Assembly (NCBI GenBank): GCA_052143575.1
Contig: JBKQSP010000043.1
Location: 88,921-152,920, forward strand
DNA length: 64,000 bases
Source: Acidimicrobiales bacterium
GTDB taxonomy: Bacteria; Actinomycetota; Acidimicrobiia; Acidimicrobiales; Bog-793
Reading direction: 5' to 3'
Part shown: in pieces, positions 29,066 through 38,492 of the stretch
Layout of the letters: each line of letters opens with the position of its first letter
How positions within the stretch are numbered: position 1 is the first letter of the stretch
Translations under genes and position numbers: made by a program
The notes under the pieces: generated by a model
Database searches by the model: none
Told to the model about the DNA's origin: nothing
Seen by the model: the letters and a program-made list of their open reading frames with translations, nothing else

Positions 29066-31035
29066 TGCGTCGTCAGCACCTGCTGAACGGTGGCTGCCAG
29101 CACGGCGGCAAAGGAGGCCTGGCTCGCCTCGTCTGACGGCCACGGATCGGCGTTGAGCTGGTATTGCTCCCAGCCGGTGGCATCGATGACAAAGACACGG
29201 TAGGCGCCCGGGATCATCGGGCCCCAGGCGCTCAGGCGACTGTCGACGCCATAGGCCTTCCAGGCGGCCATGAGGTGACGGACCGGCCCGGTGAGGTACA
29301 GCCAGTTCGACATGTCTGCCAAACCCTCGGCCCGATCGAAGGCTTGCAGTGCGGCCGCCGAGCGGTACTGCGAGTTCGCCACGACGGCGACGAACTCGAC
29401 GCGGCCGCTCTGGCTGCCGAGGAGCGTCGAGGACTGCCGCAGCTCCTGTGCGATCACCGGACTGCCCAGCGTGCTCACCGGGTCGAGGAAGGTGAGCACG
29501 ACGACCTTGCCGCGCAGGCTCGACAGGCTGAACAGGCTGCCGTTCTGCTCTCGAAGCAAGAACCCGGGCGCCTTCAGGTGCACGCGGCTCGGGAAGCCGT
29601 TCAGCGCCAGGTCGACGATCGGGTCAGCTCGCTTGTTGAGCGAGGCGGCCGCCATCGGGGCGGCGCCGAGCAGGACGACGGCGACGGCGCCGGCGGCGGC
29701 GAGGGCACGAAACGTGTAGACGGGGCGCGCCCGCACGCGTTCCCGCCAGGTCGCCGGCAGCTCGGGCGGTGGCGGCTCCGAGACCCAGCCGAGATCCGGT
29801 TCGAGGTTGATGGGCAGCTCCAGCTCCGGAGACAGCACTTCGGCCTCGACGGTGGCCCGCGTGACCGCCAGATAGCCACCGACGATGACGATCAGCATGG
29901 GGATCATGCTGTTCGGATCGGTGCCCGTCCCACCGAAGAAGCCAAAGTCCTCCACCAGCACCCAGTCGGCCAGCCCCACCACGACCGAGACGAGGACGGC
30001 CGAGCCCACGATCGCCGTCCGCTTCGCCATGAAGGCCAGACCGAGGGCGGCGAGGACGACGACCACGAAAAGGTTGACCGCAAAGCCGTGAGCCTCCACG
30101 AAGGAGGCGAAGGCGCTCATCCACGAGGACACGTAGTGGGGCTGCGGCGTCCCCGCCATCGTTCGCACCATGGCCGCCAAGGTTCCGGGCCGGCTCTGGC
30201 TCGTCACCCGACCCTGCCAAAAGCCTCGCCCCGGCCAAGCCTGCAGGACCGCCATTGCGAGGAAGAGGAGGCCCATCGCTCGCAAGAGGAACCGGCCGAC
30301 CTGGCCGCTCGACCAGCGCCGTTCGTCGAGAACGAGCAGGGCGCCGACCAAGCAGTACAGCAAGACAGCGCCCGGAGCCCCGAACAGCCAGCTGGCACCG
30401 CTCGCAAAGAGGCCACCGAAGGCCTCGCCGAACACCCAGACGACCAAGCCCCAGGCCAGGCTCGCCACACCGGCCGCCCGAGACCAGCGGCCGCGGGGCG
30501 CCACGAGGAGCCACAGTCCGATCCCGAGCTGGATCCACACCGTCGCCGTGCTGGCGACGATCGGGTGGTCGCTCCAGATGGTGGACCCGAAATGCACGAT
30601 GTGCTGCACCCAGGCGGGAGACGCCGCCGCCGTCGGGTCGATCACCTTCGTCGTCATCCCGAGCGGCATCGACGTCTGCCCCTGCAGGATGCCGTCGAAG
30701 ACCCAGAGCAGGCCGAAGCCGATGCGAAGGAAGCGACGGCCGCTCGGCTCAGGCTCGCCCCAGGGTTCGTGACCGGGGGCGAGGGTGACGGTGAACGCCG
30801 GTAGGCCGGCCCGGCCGTTGGCGCCCGGGATCGCTGCCCCGGTCGTCTCCGCAGCCGCCGCCCCCGCCGCCTGCGCGAGGGCGTTTCGCAGCTGCACGGA
30901 ACGAAGGACGCTCCAGGCGAGCGCCAGGAGAACAAGGATGACGACCACGACGAGGGCCTGGCGCAGGAGCGCGGACTGGAACGCCGACACGATGGTCGAG
31001 TTGCCCGGTGCTACCCCGCTGCTCATGCCCGGCAA
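29062..31035 (-). CDS. Membrane domain (TDPNS type) fused to a C-terminal SCO/thioredoxin-fold domain lacking the CxxxC motif
   Basis: APGFLLREQNG..FSLSSLRGKVVVLTFLDPV...WLYLTG...VFVID SCO pattern; N-terminal domain paralogous to 17695..18690. Confidence 0.78.
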   Translation of the reverse strand: MPGMSSGVAPGNSTIVSAFQSALLRQALVVVVILVLLALAWSVLRSVQLRNALAQAAGAAAAETTGAAIPGANGRAGLPAFTVTLAPGHEPWGEPEPSGRRFLRIGFGLLWVFDGILQGQTSMPLGMTTKVIDPTAAASPAWVQHIVHFGSTIWSDHPIVASTATVWIQLGIGLWLLVAPRGRWSRAAGVASLAWGLVVWVFGEAFGGLFASGASWLFGAPGAVLLYCLVGALLVLDERRWSSGQVGRFLLRAMGLLFLAMAVLQAWPGRGFWQGRVTSQSRPGTLAAMVRTMAGTPQPHYVSSWMSAFASFVEAHGFAVNLFVVVVLAALGLAFMAKRTAIVGSAVLVSVVVGLADWVLVEDFGFFGGTGTDPNSMIPMLIVIVGGYLAVTRATVEAEVLSPELELPINLEPDLGWVSEPPPPELPATWRERVRARPVYTFRALAAAGAVAVVLLGAAPMAAASLNKRADPIVDLALNGFPSRVHLKAPGFLLREQNGSLFSLSSLRGKVVVLTFLDPVSTLGSPVIAQELRQSSTLLGSQSGRVEFVAVVANSQYRSAAALQAFDRAEGLADMSNWLYLTGPVRHLMAAWKAYGVDSRLSAWGPMIPGAYRVFVIDATGWEQYQLNADPWPSDEASQASFAAVLAATVQQVLTTQ

Positions 31036-31297
31036 TGCGAATCGACTCCTCGAATCTGTCCAGCTGCAACAAGCACTGGCTGGACTCCAGCGAGACCGCC
31101 GAGCAGCGCGCCGGTCTCCGTCGGTACCGCCGCGCTTGAATCCGCCACTACTGCCTACAACGGTACCGGAACTTGGCCACCGTGTTCTGCCAGAGGCGGC
31201 ACCCGGGCGTCGGCGTCACGTGGGCCGGAGGCCGATGTGCCTCCCACGTCTCGCGAAAATGCGCAAGGCTGTGGCCGTGACGGCGGAGCAGGCACCG

Positions 31298-32122
31298 ATG
31301 CTCGAGACGCAGGACCTCCCGGCTCCCGGTCCCTTGCCGCGCACGGTGCCCGGGGTCACCCCGGGCACGCTTGCCCGCAAGCGCTACCGGCCCCGGATCG
31401 ACTACGAGCTCATCTCCTGCGGTCTGCACGGTCACGTCCTCGTCGGCCTCGATGTCGCCCAGGTCAGAGCGTCCGACGCCGACGTGCTGCGTGAATCGGG
31501 CGGTCTCCGATGGCACCGCTGCCTGCGCTGTGACGCCTGGATCGTGCAGGACATCCCAACGCAGCCCTCCACCCAATACCTGCCCGACGTCGTCGACCTC
31601 GACATCCCGACACGAGGGCGGCGGCTGCGCGACCGATACGTGCTGCGCCTCATCGTGCTCGACCGCATCCTGCACGCTCTCGTCTTTGCCGCTCTCGCCG
31701 TCGCCATCTTCGCCTTCGCCGAGAACGCCGACCACCTGCACAGCGAGTGGAGCAAAATCCTCACCGCCCTGCAGCCGTACTCGGGTTCCTGGATCGTGAA
31801 GGACGTCAACAAGTTGTTCGCCCTGCACCACACGACCCTCTATCTCCTCGGAGCGGCCGCCTCGCTCTACGTGGCCGTGCTCCTCATCGAGTGCGTCGGC
31901 CTTTGGAACGCCCGACGCTGGGCGGAGTACCTGACGTTCGCCGAATTGGCGGCGTTCGTGCCCTTCGAGCTCTACGAGCTGGCCGGTTCGGTCACGCCCT
32001 TCAAAATCGTGACCCTCGTGCTCAACACCCTCATCCTGCTGTACCTCCTCCTCGTGCACCGCTTGTTCGGCGTGCGAGGAGGTGTCAGCGCCGCCAAAGC
32101 CGCCTACGGGGAAGAGGGCTGA
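31298..32122 (+). CDS. DUF2127 membrane protein with N-terminal Cys/His motif
   Basis: E.VGLW..RRWAEYLT and PFELYEL; CGLHGH and HRCLRC. Start uncertain (31259-31298). Confidence 0.75.
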   Translation: MLETQDLPAPGPLPRTVPGVTPGTLARKRYRPRIDYELISCGLHGHVLVGLDVAQVRASDADVLRESGGLRWHRCLRCDAWIVQDIPTQPSTQYLPDVVDLDIPTRGRRLRDRYVLRLIVLDRILHALVFAALAVAIFAFAENADHLHSEWSKILTALQPYSGSWIVKDVNKLFALHHTTLYLLGAAASLYVAVLLIECVGLWNARRWAEYLTFAELAAFVPFELYELAGSVTPFKIVTLVLNTLILLYLLLVHRLFGVRGGVSAAKAAYGEEG

Positions 32123-32131
32123 GACTTCCCG

Positions 32132-33364
32132 TCACGGGACGGGGCGAAGCACCGAGTAGGCCTCGTCCTCGTAGCAGCGGGACGACACGACGTCGGCGAG
32201 CACCTCGACGGCCTCGAACACGTCGGTGAAGCGCAGGTACAAGGGTGTGAATCCGAACCGGCACAGGTCGGGAGCGCGGAAGTCACCCACGACGCCTCGG
32301 GCGATGAGCGCCTGCATGATGGCGTAAGCCTGTGGGTGCCGGAGCGAGATCTGCGATCCCCGTCGCTCCGGGTCGCGAGGTGATGCGAGCTCGAGCTCCT
32401 CGCCGAGGCGCTCGCCGACCGCCTCGACGAACAGCTCGCTCAAGGCGACCGATTTCGTGCGCACTGCCTGCATCGTGACGCCCTCCCAGGCATCGAGTGC
32501 AGCCTCCAGCGCCGCGATGCCGAGGATGGACGGCGAGGAGGTGATGAAGCGCCGGATGCCGCCCGCAGGGCGGAACGAGGCTACGAAGTCGAAGGGTGCG
32601 TCGTGTCCGAGCCATCCCGGCAACGGGTTCTCGAGGATCTCCTGCAACTCCCGGCGAACATAGACGAAGGCGGGAGCACCCGGCCCGGCGTTCAGGTACT
32701 TGTAGCAGCAGCCGACTGCCAGGTCCACGCCGTCGCGATCGCACTCCACGACGACGGCGCCCGCAGAGTGGCACAGATCCCACACCGTGAGGGCACCGGC
32801 CTCATGGGCTGCCGCCGTCAGGGACGCCATGTCGAACATGGCTCCCGTTCGGAAGTCCACCTGCGTGAGCATGAGCACGGCCACGCTCTCGTCGAGGGCC
32901 TCGCGAACGGTGTCGGCGTCGCTCGAGCGGACCTCGACGTCACCGAGGAGCCGGGCGAGGCCGGCGGCGGCGTACAGGTCGCTCGGGAAGTTCGTCGCCG
33001 TCGTGAGGATCACCTTGCGTCCCGGCCGGGCACCGAGGGCGGCGCCGAGGAGCTTGACGAGGGCGATCGTGGTCGTGTCGATGACGACGACCTCGCCGGC
33101 GCCGGCCCCGATGAGGCGGGCGATCCTGTCGCCGGCCCGGTCGGGAGCCGATATCCAGCTGTCCCAGCTGCCGACGAGGCCCGAGCCCCACTCGTGCTGC
33201 AGCACGTGCGCCATGCGGTCGGGCACCGCCTTCGGGAGCGCCCCGAGCGAGTTGCCGTCGAGGTAGACGAGTCCCTCGCGCAGCTGGAACCGGCCGCGTA
33301 CGTGCCGCAGCGGATCCTGGCGGTCGAGGGCGGCGCATCGCTCACGCGTCCAGGAGTAGCTCAT
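32132..33364 (-). CDS. kynU: Kynureninase
   Basis: YLDGNSLG, NFPSDLY, WDLCHSAG, GCCYKYLNAGPGAP and GDFRAPD. Confidence 0.93.
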   Translation of the reverse strand: MSYSWTRERCAALDRQDPLRHVRGRFQLREGLVYLDGNSLGALPKAVPDRMAHVLQHEWGSGLVGSWDSWISAPDRAGDRIARLIGAGAGEVVVIDTTTIALVKLLGAALGARPGRKVILTTATNFPSDLYAAAGLARLLGDVEVRSSDADTVREALDESVAVLMLTQVDFRTGAMFDMASLTAAAHEAGALTVWDLCHSAGAVVVECDRDGVDLAVGCCYKYLNAGPGAPAFVYVRRELQEILENPLPGWLGHDAPFDFVASFRPAGGIRRFITSSPSILGIAALEAALDAWEGVTMQAVRTKSVALSELFVEAVGERLGEELELASPRDPERRGSQISLRHPQAYAIMQALIARGVVGDFRAPDLCRFGFTPLYLRFTDVFEAVEVLADVVSSRCYEDEAYSVLRPVP

Positions 33365-33525
33365 TCGACCGGGACCTCCCCCAAGGCTTCCATCGCGGCG
33401 GAGGCTACTGCGGGCTCGGCACGCCGCCGCCAGCCGTGGCACCATGAGCCGCGGCAGGATTGAACGGCCGGACAAACCCCACCGGGCGCCTTCGGGCGGG
33501 AAACGAAAGGGCAGGAGCCACAGCC

Positions 33526-35988
33526 ATGCCAGACGCCGTCCCCGAGCGGGCACAGGTCGTGATCATCGGCGGCGGGGTCATCGGGCTTTCGACCGCCTAC
33601 CACCTTGCCAAGCACGGCTGGAACGACGTCGTCGTCCTCGAGCGGCACCAGCTGACCTCCGGGACGACGTGGCACGCCGCCGGCCTCATCACGTCCGCCG
33701 GCATGAGCGACGAGGCCTCTCTCACGATGAGCATCTACTCACGCGAGCTGTACGCACGCCTCGAAGACGAGACGGGCCTTTCCACCGGCTTTCGCCGTTG
33801 CGGGCACCTGCACGTCGCCACGACGCCGACACGGGTGAAGGCGATGCAGCGGGAGGCCGCCTATGCCAAGCGCTTCGGTCAGGAGTCGCACGAGATCGGG
33901 CCCGTCGAGATCGCCGAGCTCTGGCCCATAGCCGAGACGTCCGACTTGCTAAGGGGTTTTTACGTGCCCATCGAAGGCCGGGCGAACCCGCACGACGTGG
34001 CGATGTCACTCGCCAAAGGAGCGCGCCAGGGTGGCGTGAAGATCATCGAAGGAGTGCCGGTCACCGGGGTGACGACAGCCGGCGACCGCGTGACGGGCGT
34101 CGTCACGGACCTGGGCACGATCGAGACCGAGGTCGTCGTGCTGTCTGCAGGGATCTGGAGTCGTCAGTTCGGCGACATGATCGGTGTGCGCATCCCCCTG
34201 CAGGCAGCCGAGCACTACTACCTCATCACCGAACCTTTCGAGGGCGTGCACCCCGACCTGCCCGTCCTCGAGGACCCGGCGACGTACGGCTACTTCCGCG
34301 AGGAGACGGGCGGCCTCCTCGTCGGCCTCTTCGAACCTCAAGCGGCTGCCTGGAAGCCGGACGGCATCCCGGACGACTTTGCCTTCGGCGAGATCGAGCC
34401 GGACTGGGATCGCATCAGCCCCTTCGTCGACCTCGCCATGTCGCGGGTGCCGGCGGTGCGGAGCGTCGGCGTGCGCAAGTTCTTCTGCGGGCCGGAATCG
34501 TTCACCTCTGACGTCCACCCTCTGCTCGGCGAGTCGCCCGAGCTGCGCGGCCTGTTCGCAGCTACGGGGCTCAACTCGCTCGGCATCCTCCTCGGCGGGG
34601 GCGTCGGCAACGTCATGGCCGAGTGGATCGTGAGCGGGCGGCCGCCGATCGACCTGACCGGTTTCACGCTCGACCGCACGAGCCCGCACGAGTCGACGGC
34701 GAAGTTCCGCAGGGACCGGACGCCGGAGCAGCTCGGGGTGCTCTTCGGCGATGCCATGGCGCCGGGATGGACACCCAGATCGGCCCGCGGCGTCCGGCGT
34801 TCACCCGTGCACGAGCGGCTCGTCGCTCACGGGGGGCGTTTCGACACCACGACTGGTTGGGAGTGGGCCGACTTCTTCGCCGGCCTCGGTGCCGAGCCGC
34901 CGCCCGTCGGCCAGTCGTTCCAGCGCCAGAGGCACTGGTCGCTCGTCGAGGCCGAGCACCGGGCCGTGCGCGAAGACGTCGGTCTTCTCGACATGTCCTT
35001 CATGTGCAAATTCCTCCTGCAAGGTCGAGACGCCGGCGCCGTGCTCGACCGCATCGTCGTGTCCGAGGCGGCTCGTGTCCCGGTTGGCAAGGTCGTCTAC
35101 ACCGCCATCTGCCATGACGGCGGCGGCATGTGGGTGGATTGCACCTTCACGCGGCTGGCGCACGACCGCTACATGGTGATCGGCACCGATCTCGTCACCC
35201 GCCGGCTCGAAGCGCTCCTGCGCCGGGCGCTCACACGCGACGACGCCGCCACGGTGACCGACGTGACGGCCGGCTTTGCACTCTTCAGCCTGCAAGGCCC
35301 GAGGTCGCGGGAGTTGTTGTCGCGCCTGACGTCCACCGACCTGTCGAACGAGAACCTGCCGTACCTGAGCGGGCGGCTCATCGATGTCGCCTACGCCCCC
35401 TCGGTCTGGGTGCAACGGGTCACCTACGTCGGCGAGCTCGGCTACGAGCTGCACGTGCGGGCAGACCTGGCCGTATCGGTGTACGACGCCCTCTTCGAGG
35501 CAGGTGTCGACCTCGGTCTTCGCGACGTCGGCATGTCGGCCCTCAACGGGCTACGCATCGAGAAGGGATACCGCGACTACGGGCACGACATCGGCAATGA
35601 CGACACGCCCCTCGAAGCCGGCATCGGCTTCGTCGTCGATTTCGAGAAGACGGCCTTTCCCGGTCGTGAGGCGCTCGTCAAGCAACGGGACAGCGGGCCG
35701 CTCCGCGAGCGCCTCGTCAACGTGCTCGTGCTCGACCCCGAGCCGCTCCTCTTCCACGGCGAGGACGTGCTGCGCGACGGCGTGCTCGTCGGTGAGGTCG
35801 AGGCTGGCGCCTACGGCTACACGCTGGGCGGTTCCGTGGCGATCGCCACTGTGCGCTGCGAGGAGGGCGTCACGGGCGCCTGGCTGACGAGCGGGAGCTT
35901 CGAGATCGAAGTCAGTCGTCGCCGCTATCCGGCACGGGTGCAGCTCGGTCCGCTCTACGACCCGAAACGCACCCGCATCCTCGCCTGA
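33526..35988 (+). CDS. GcvT-family FAD-dependent oxidoreductase (sarcosine/dimethylglycine dehydrogenase-like)
   Basis: GGGVIG, SGTTWHAAG, GPESFT, YVGELGYE and LRIEKGYR. Confidence 0.9.
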   Translation: MPDAVPERAQVVIIGGGVIGLSTAYHLAKHGWNDVVVLERHQLTSGTTWHAAGLITSAGMSDEASLTMSIYSRELYARLEDETGLSTGFRRCGHLHVATTPTRVKAMQREAAYAKRFGQESHEIGPVEIAELWPIAETSDLLRGFYVPIEGRANPHDVAMSLAKGARQGGVKIIEGVPVTGVTTAGDRVTGVVTDLGTIETEVVVLSAGIWSRQFGDMIGVRIPLQAAEHYYLITEPFEGVHPDLPVLEDPATYGYFREETGGLLVGLFEPQAAAWKPDGIPDDFAFGEIEPDWDRISPFVDLAMSRVPAVRSVGVRKFFCGPESFTSDVHPLLGESPELRGLFAATGLNSLGILLGGGVGNVMAEWIVSGRPPIDLTGFTLDRTSPHESTAKFRRDRTPEQLGVLFGDAMAPGWTPRSARGVRRSPVHERLVAHGGRFDTTTGWEWADFFAGLGAEPPPVGQSFQRQRHWSLVEAEHRAVREDVGLLDMSFMCKFLLQGRDAGAVLDRIVVSEAARVPVGKVVYTAICHDGGGMWVDCTFTRLAHDRYMVIGTDLVTRRLEALLRRALTRDDAATVTDVTAGFALFSLQGPRSRELLSRLTSTDLSNENLPYLSGRLIDVAYAPSVWVQRVTYVGELGYELHVRADLAVSVYDALFEAGVDLGLRDVGMSALNGLRIEKGYRDYGHDIGNDDTPLEAGIGFVVDFEKTAFPGREALVKQRDSGPLRERLVNVLVLDPEPLLFHGEDVLRDGVLVGEVEAGAYGYTLGGSVAIATVRCEEGVTGAWLTSGSFEIEVSRRRYPARVQLGPLYDPKRTRILA

Positions 35989-36035
35989 GCCCCCAATCGC
36001 GCCCCTGGCGCGCCGCGACATGTCACGATGACGAC

Positions 36036-37067
36036 ATGCGCATCGGTGTTCTCACAGGTGGTGGTGACTGCCCGGGCTTGAACCCTGCCATCCGGGCCGT
36101 GGTCCGCAAGTGCGAGGTCGGTTTCGGCGACGAGGTCGTCGGCTTTCGCGACGGTTGGCGTGGTGTCATTGAGGACTCCACGATGCCGCTCGACGTCGAG
36201 CGATGCCGAGGCATCCTGCCTCGCGGCGGCACGATCCTCGGCACGTCACGCACGAATCCGTACAAGGTCGAGGGCGGGCCCGAGCTCGCCATCGCGACGC
36301 TGGAGCGGCACGGCATCGACGCCCTCGTCGCCATCGGCGGCGAAGACACCCTCGGCGTCGCCAACAAGCTCGGCGAGCGGGGCGTGCCCGTCGTGGGCGT
36401 CCCGAAGACGATCGACAACGACTTGTCGGAGACGGACGTCACGATCGGCTTCGACACGGCCGTGCAGATCGCCGCCGAAGCCATCGACCGCCTGCACACC
36501 ACGGCTGAGTCGCACCACCGGGTCATCGTGTGCGAGGTCATGGGGCGCCACGCCGGCTGGATCGCCACCTACGCCGGCATCGCCGGCGGCGCCACGGTCA
36601 TCCTCGTGCCGGAGGAGCCTTTCTCCATCGACTCGGTCTGCGACTACCTGCGGCACCGCCACTCGTCCGGTGCCTATGCCTCCATCGTCGTCACTGCCGA
36701 GGGCGCCAAGCCGGTCGAAGGCACCCTCGCCCTCGTCGCCCCCGAGCTCGACCAATTCGGTCACGAGCGCCTCGGCGGCATCGGCACGGTCGTCGCCGAG
36801 GAGGTCGAGCGGCGGACGGGCTACGAGTCGAGGGTCACGATCCTCGGCCACATCCAGCGAGGCGGCACGCCGAGTGCCGACGACCGCGTGGTTGCCACCC
36901 GCTTCGGCACCGCCGCGGTCGACGCCGTCCACGACGGCGCCTGGCGCCAGATGGTGGCGCTGCACGGCACACACATCGAGCGAGTACCCATCGCCGACGC
37001 CGTCGCGAAGCTGAAGACCTTGGACCCTGACCTCCTCCGCTCCGTGGCCGAGGTCTTCTTCGGCTGA
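36036..37067 (+). CDS. pfkA: 6-phosphofructokinase, probably PPi-dependent
   Basis: GGDCPGLN, GGTILGTSR, GGEDT, PKTIDND, EVMGR and LGHIQRGG. Confidence 0.92.
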   Translation: MRIGVLTGGGDCPGLNPAIRAVVRKCEVGFGDEVVGFRDGWRGVIEDSTMPLDVERCRGILPRGGTILGTSRTNPYKVEGGPELAIATLERHGIDALVAIGGEDTLGVANKLGERGVPVVGVPKTIDNDLSETDVTIGFDTAVQIAAEAIDRLHTTAESHHRVIVCEVMGRHAGWIATYAGIAGGATVILVPEEPFSIDSVCDYLRHRHSSGAYASIVVTAEGAKPVEGTLALVAPELDQFGHERLGGIGTVVAEEVERRTGYESRVTILGHIQRGGTPSADDRVVATRFGTAAVDAVHDGAWRQMVALHGTHIERVPIADAVAKLKTLDPDLLRSVAEVFFG

Positions 37068-37077
37068 GGCCGCCGGA

Positions 37078-37173
37078 TCAGCCCTCCGGAGCCGTCAGCC
37101 CGACCGGGGGAGACGCCCGTGCCGCCGATACCGCAAGTAACCATCGGGCTCTGCAACGGACTGCCGGCGGTGG
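37078..37173 (-). pseudogene. msrA: Frameshifted relic of the msrA 3' end (copy 3)
   Basis: Reads PDGY(+1 nt)CGIGGTGVS(-2 nt)PVGLTAPEG*, versus [22 protein letters not shown] in intact msrA. Confidence 0.8.
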
Positions 37174-37213
37174 CGCCGTCACCAGTCGTTGAAGAGGTGA
37201 GGCGAGCTGGTAG

Positions 37214-37762
37214 CTACCGGACGAGGTCGGCGAGCGTCACTTCCAAAGGAAACGGCCAGTCCGTCCGGAACGTGACTGTGCTCTCGGACTCGACGGTGTA
37301 TCCGCGCCCAACAAACCGCAGCGCCAGCAGCGAGGGGCCTGCCGGGTCGACGATCCAGTACACCGGCACTCCGAGCCGCTCGTAGAGGTCGCGCTTGAGC
37401 ATCCGGTCCTGTGTTGGGTTCGACGGCGACGGCACCTCCACAACGAGCAGAGGGACCGCTGACGCCGGCAAGGGTCCGGCGGGGTCGAAGTCATGGCGGC
37501 GGATCACCATCACATCAGGCTGAACGCTGCCCCCATCGGGAAGCCGCCAGTCATACGGCGCCACCATGGCCATGACCTCGTCCGTCTCGGCAGCCTGGAG
37601 TAGCGCATACAGCTTCCCGGTCACCCGCTGATGGCCACCGGTCGGCGCCGGCGTCACGATGAGGCTCCCACCGATGATCTCGCGCCGGTACCCGTCGTCG
37701 GGCATGCCCTCCAGATCCTCGTACGTGAACGGCCGGGCTGGATGGGCCATCTCAACAACCAT
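37214..37762 (-). CDS. Uma2 family PD-(D/E)xK endonuclease
   Basis: MPDDGYRREIIGGSL, QPDVMV, VVEV.SPS and K.DLYERLGVPVYWIVDP. Confidence 0.88.
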   Translation of the reverse strand: MVVEMAHPARPFTYEDLEGMPDDGYRREIIGGSLIVTPAPTGGHQRVTGKLYALLQAAETDEVMAMVAPYDWRLPDGGSVQPDVMVIRRHDFDPAGPLPASAVPLLVVEVPSPSNPTQDRMLKRDLYERLGVPVYWIVDPAGPSLLALRFVGRGYTVESESTVTFRTDWPFPLEVTLADLVR

Positions 37763-37780
37763 CAGAGCTACCGTACAACG

Positions 37781-37916
37781 TCACCGCGAAGATTCAGCTC
37801 CGTCGGACAGGGGAAGCCCCGTTGGGCACGAGTCCGATGGGGTACTTAACTGCACCCCCGTCCCGCCAAGCCCGCAATAGCCCATCGGGTTCTTCGCGAG
37901 ATACTGCTGGTGGTAG
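37781..37916 (-). pseudogene. msrA: Orphan in-frame msrA 3' end (copy 2), without start codon or catalytic domain
   Basis: [44 protein letters not shown]; shares TACTGCTGGTGGTAG (37902-37916) with 39306-39320. Confidence 0.88.
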
Positions 37917-37973
37917 CGGTCGGTGGCTTGCACTCCCAGAACCACCGGCCCCACCCAGTGGAATCGAGAAATA

Positions 37974-38036
37974 ACAACTGGTTGTAACTAGTGGATGACT
38001 GCACGTGTTACCGGCTGTAGCCAGTATTATATCCCT
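37974..38036 (+). promoter_or_regulatory. Putative leaderless promoter and operator palindromes of the HTH/Fic pair
   Basis: ACAACTGGTTGT (37974-37985) and ACCGGCTGTAGCCAGT (38010-38025), the latter abutting TATTAT, which lies 6 nt before GTG 38037. Confidence 0.55.
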
Positions 38037-38492
38037 GTGGCTCGCACGACTTCTCAGGCCCGTTCCCGGCTCGACGCTCGTCTCCAGCGGCTCCGACCGC
38101 TTGCCAGCGAGCCGCGCCCTCACCGGGGCTGGATCCGCGCCATCCGTGACGCTCTCGGCATGTCGAGCAGCGAGTTGGCAGCTCGCATGGGGGTGATTCA
38201 ACAGTCCATATCGGACCTCGAACGTAGTGAGTTGCACGACACCATCAAGTTGGAGACGCTGCGACGGGCGGCCGACGCCCTTGACTGCGACCTCGTCTAC
38301 TTCCTGCTGCCCCGAAGGACGCTTGCCGACACCGTCAACGTTCAGGCTCAACGCAAAGCGGCGAAGCTACTCGGGTCGGTGGCACACCACAGTCGCCTGG
38401 AAGACCAGGCAGTAAACGACGACGACACGGCGGTCCAGCTCAATGAGTTGGCCGCTGGATTCGTCGACCGCCGCGGCCTCTGGTCCGAGTGA
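38037..38492 (+). CDS. Mobile mystery protein A (XRE-type HTH)
   Basis: PHRGWIRAIRDALGMSSSELAARMGV.QQSISDLERSE and LRRAADALDCDLVYFLLPR. Confidence 0.88.
   Translation: MARTTSQARSRLDARLQRLRPLASEPRPHRGWIRAIRDALGMSSSELAARMGVIQQSISDLERSELHDTIKLETLRRAADALDCDLVYFLLPRRTLADTVNVQAQRKAAKLLGSVAHHSRLEDQAVNDDDTAVQLNELAAGFVDRRGLWSE

Noticed and set aside
37794-38351. 185-aa minus-strand ORF
   Set aside because: Antisense to mobile mystery protein A, and out of frame with the msrA tail that explains this segment.
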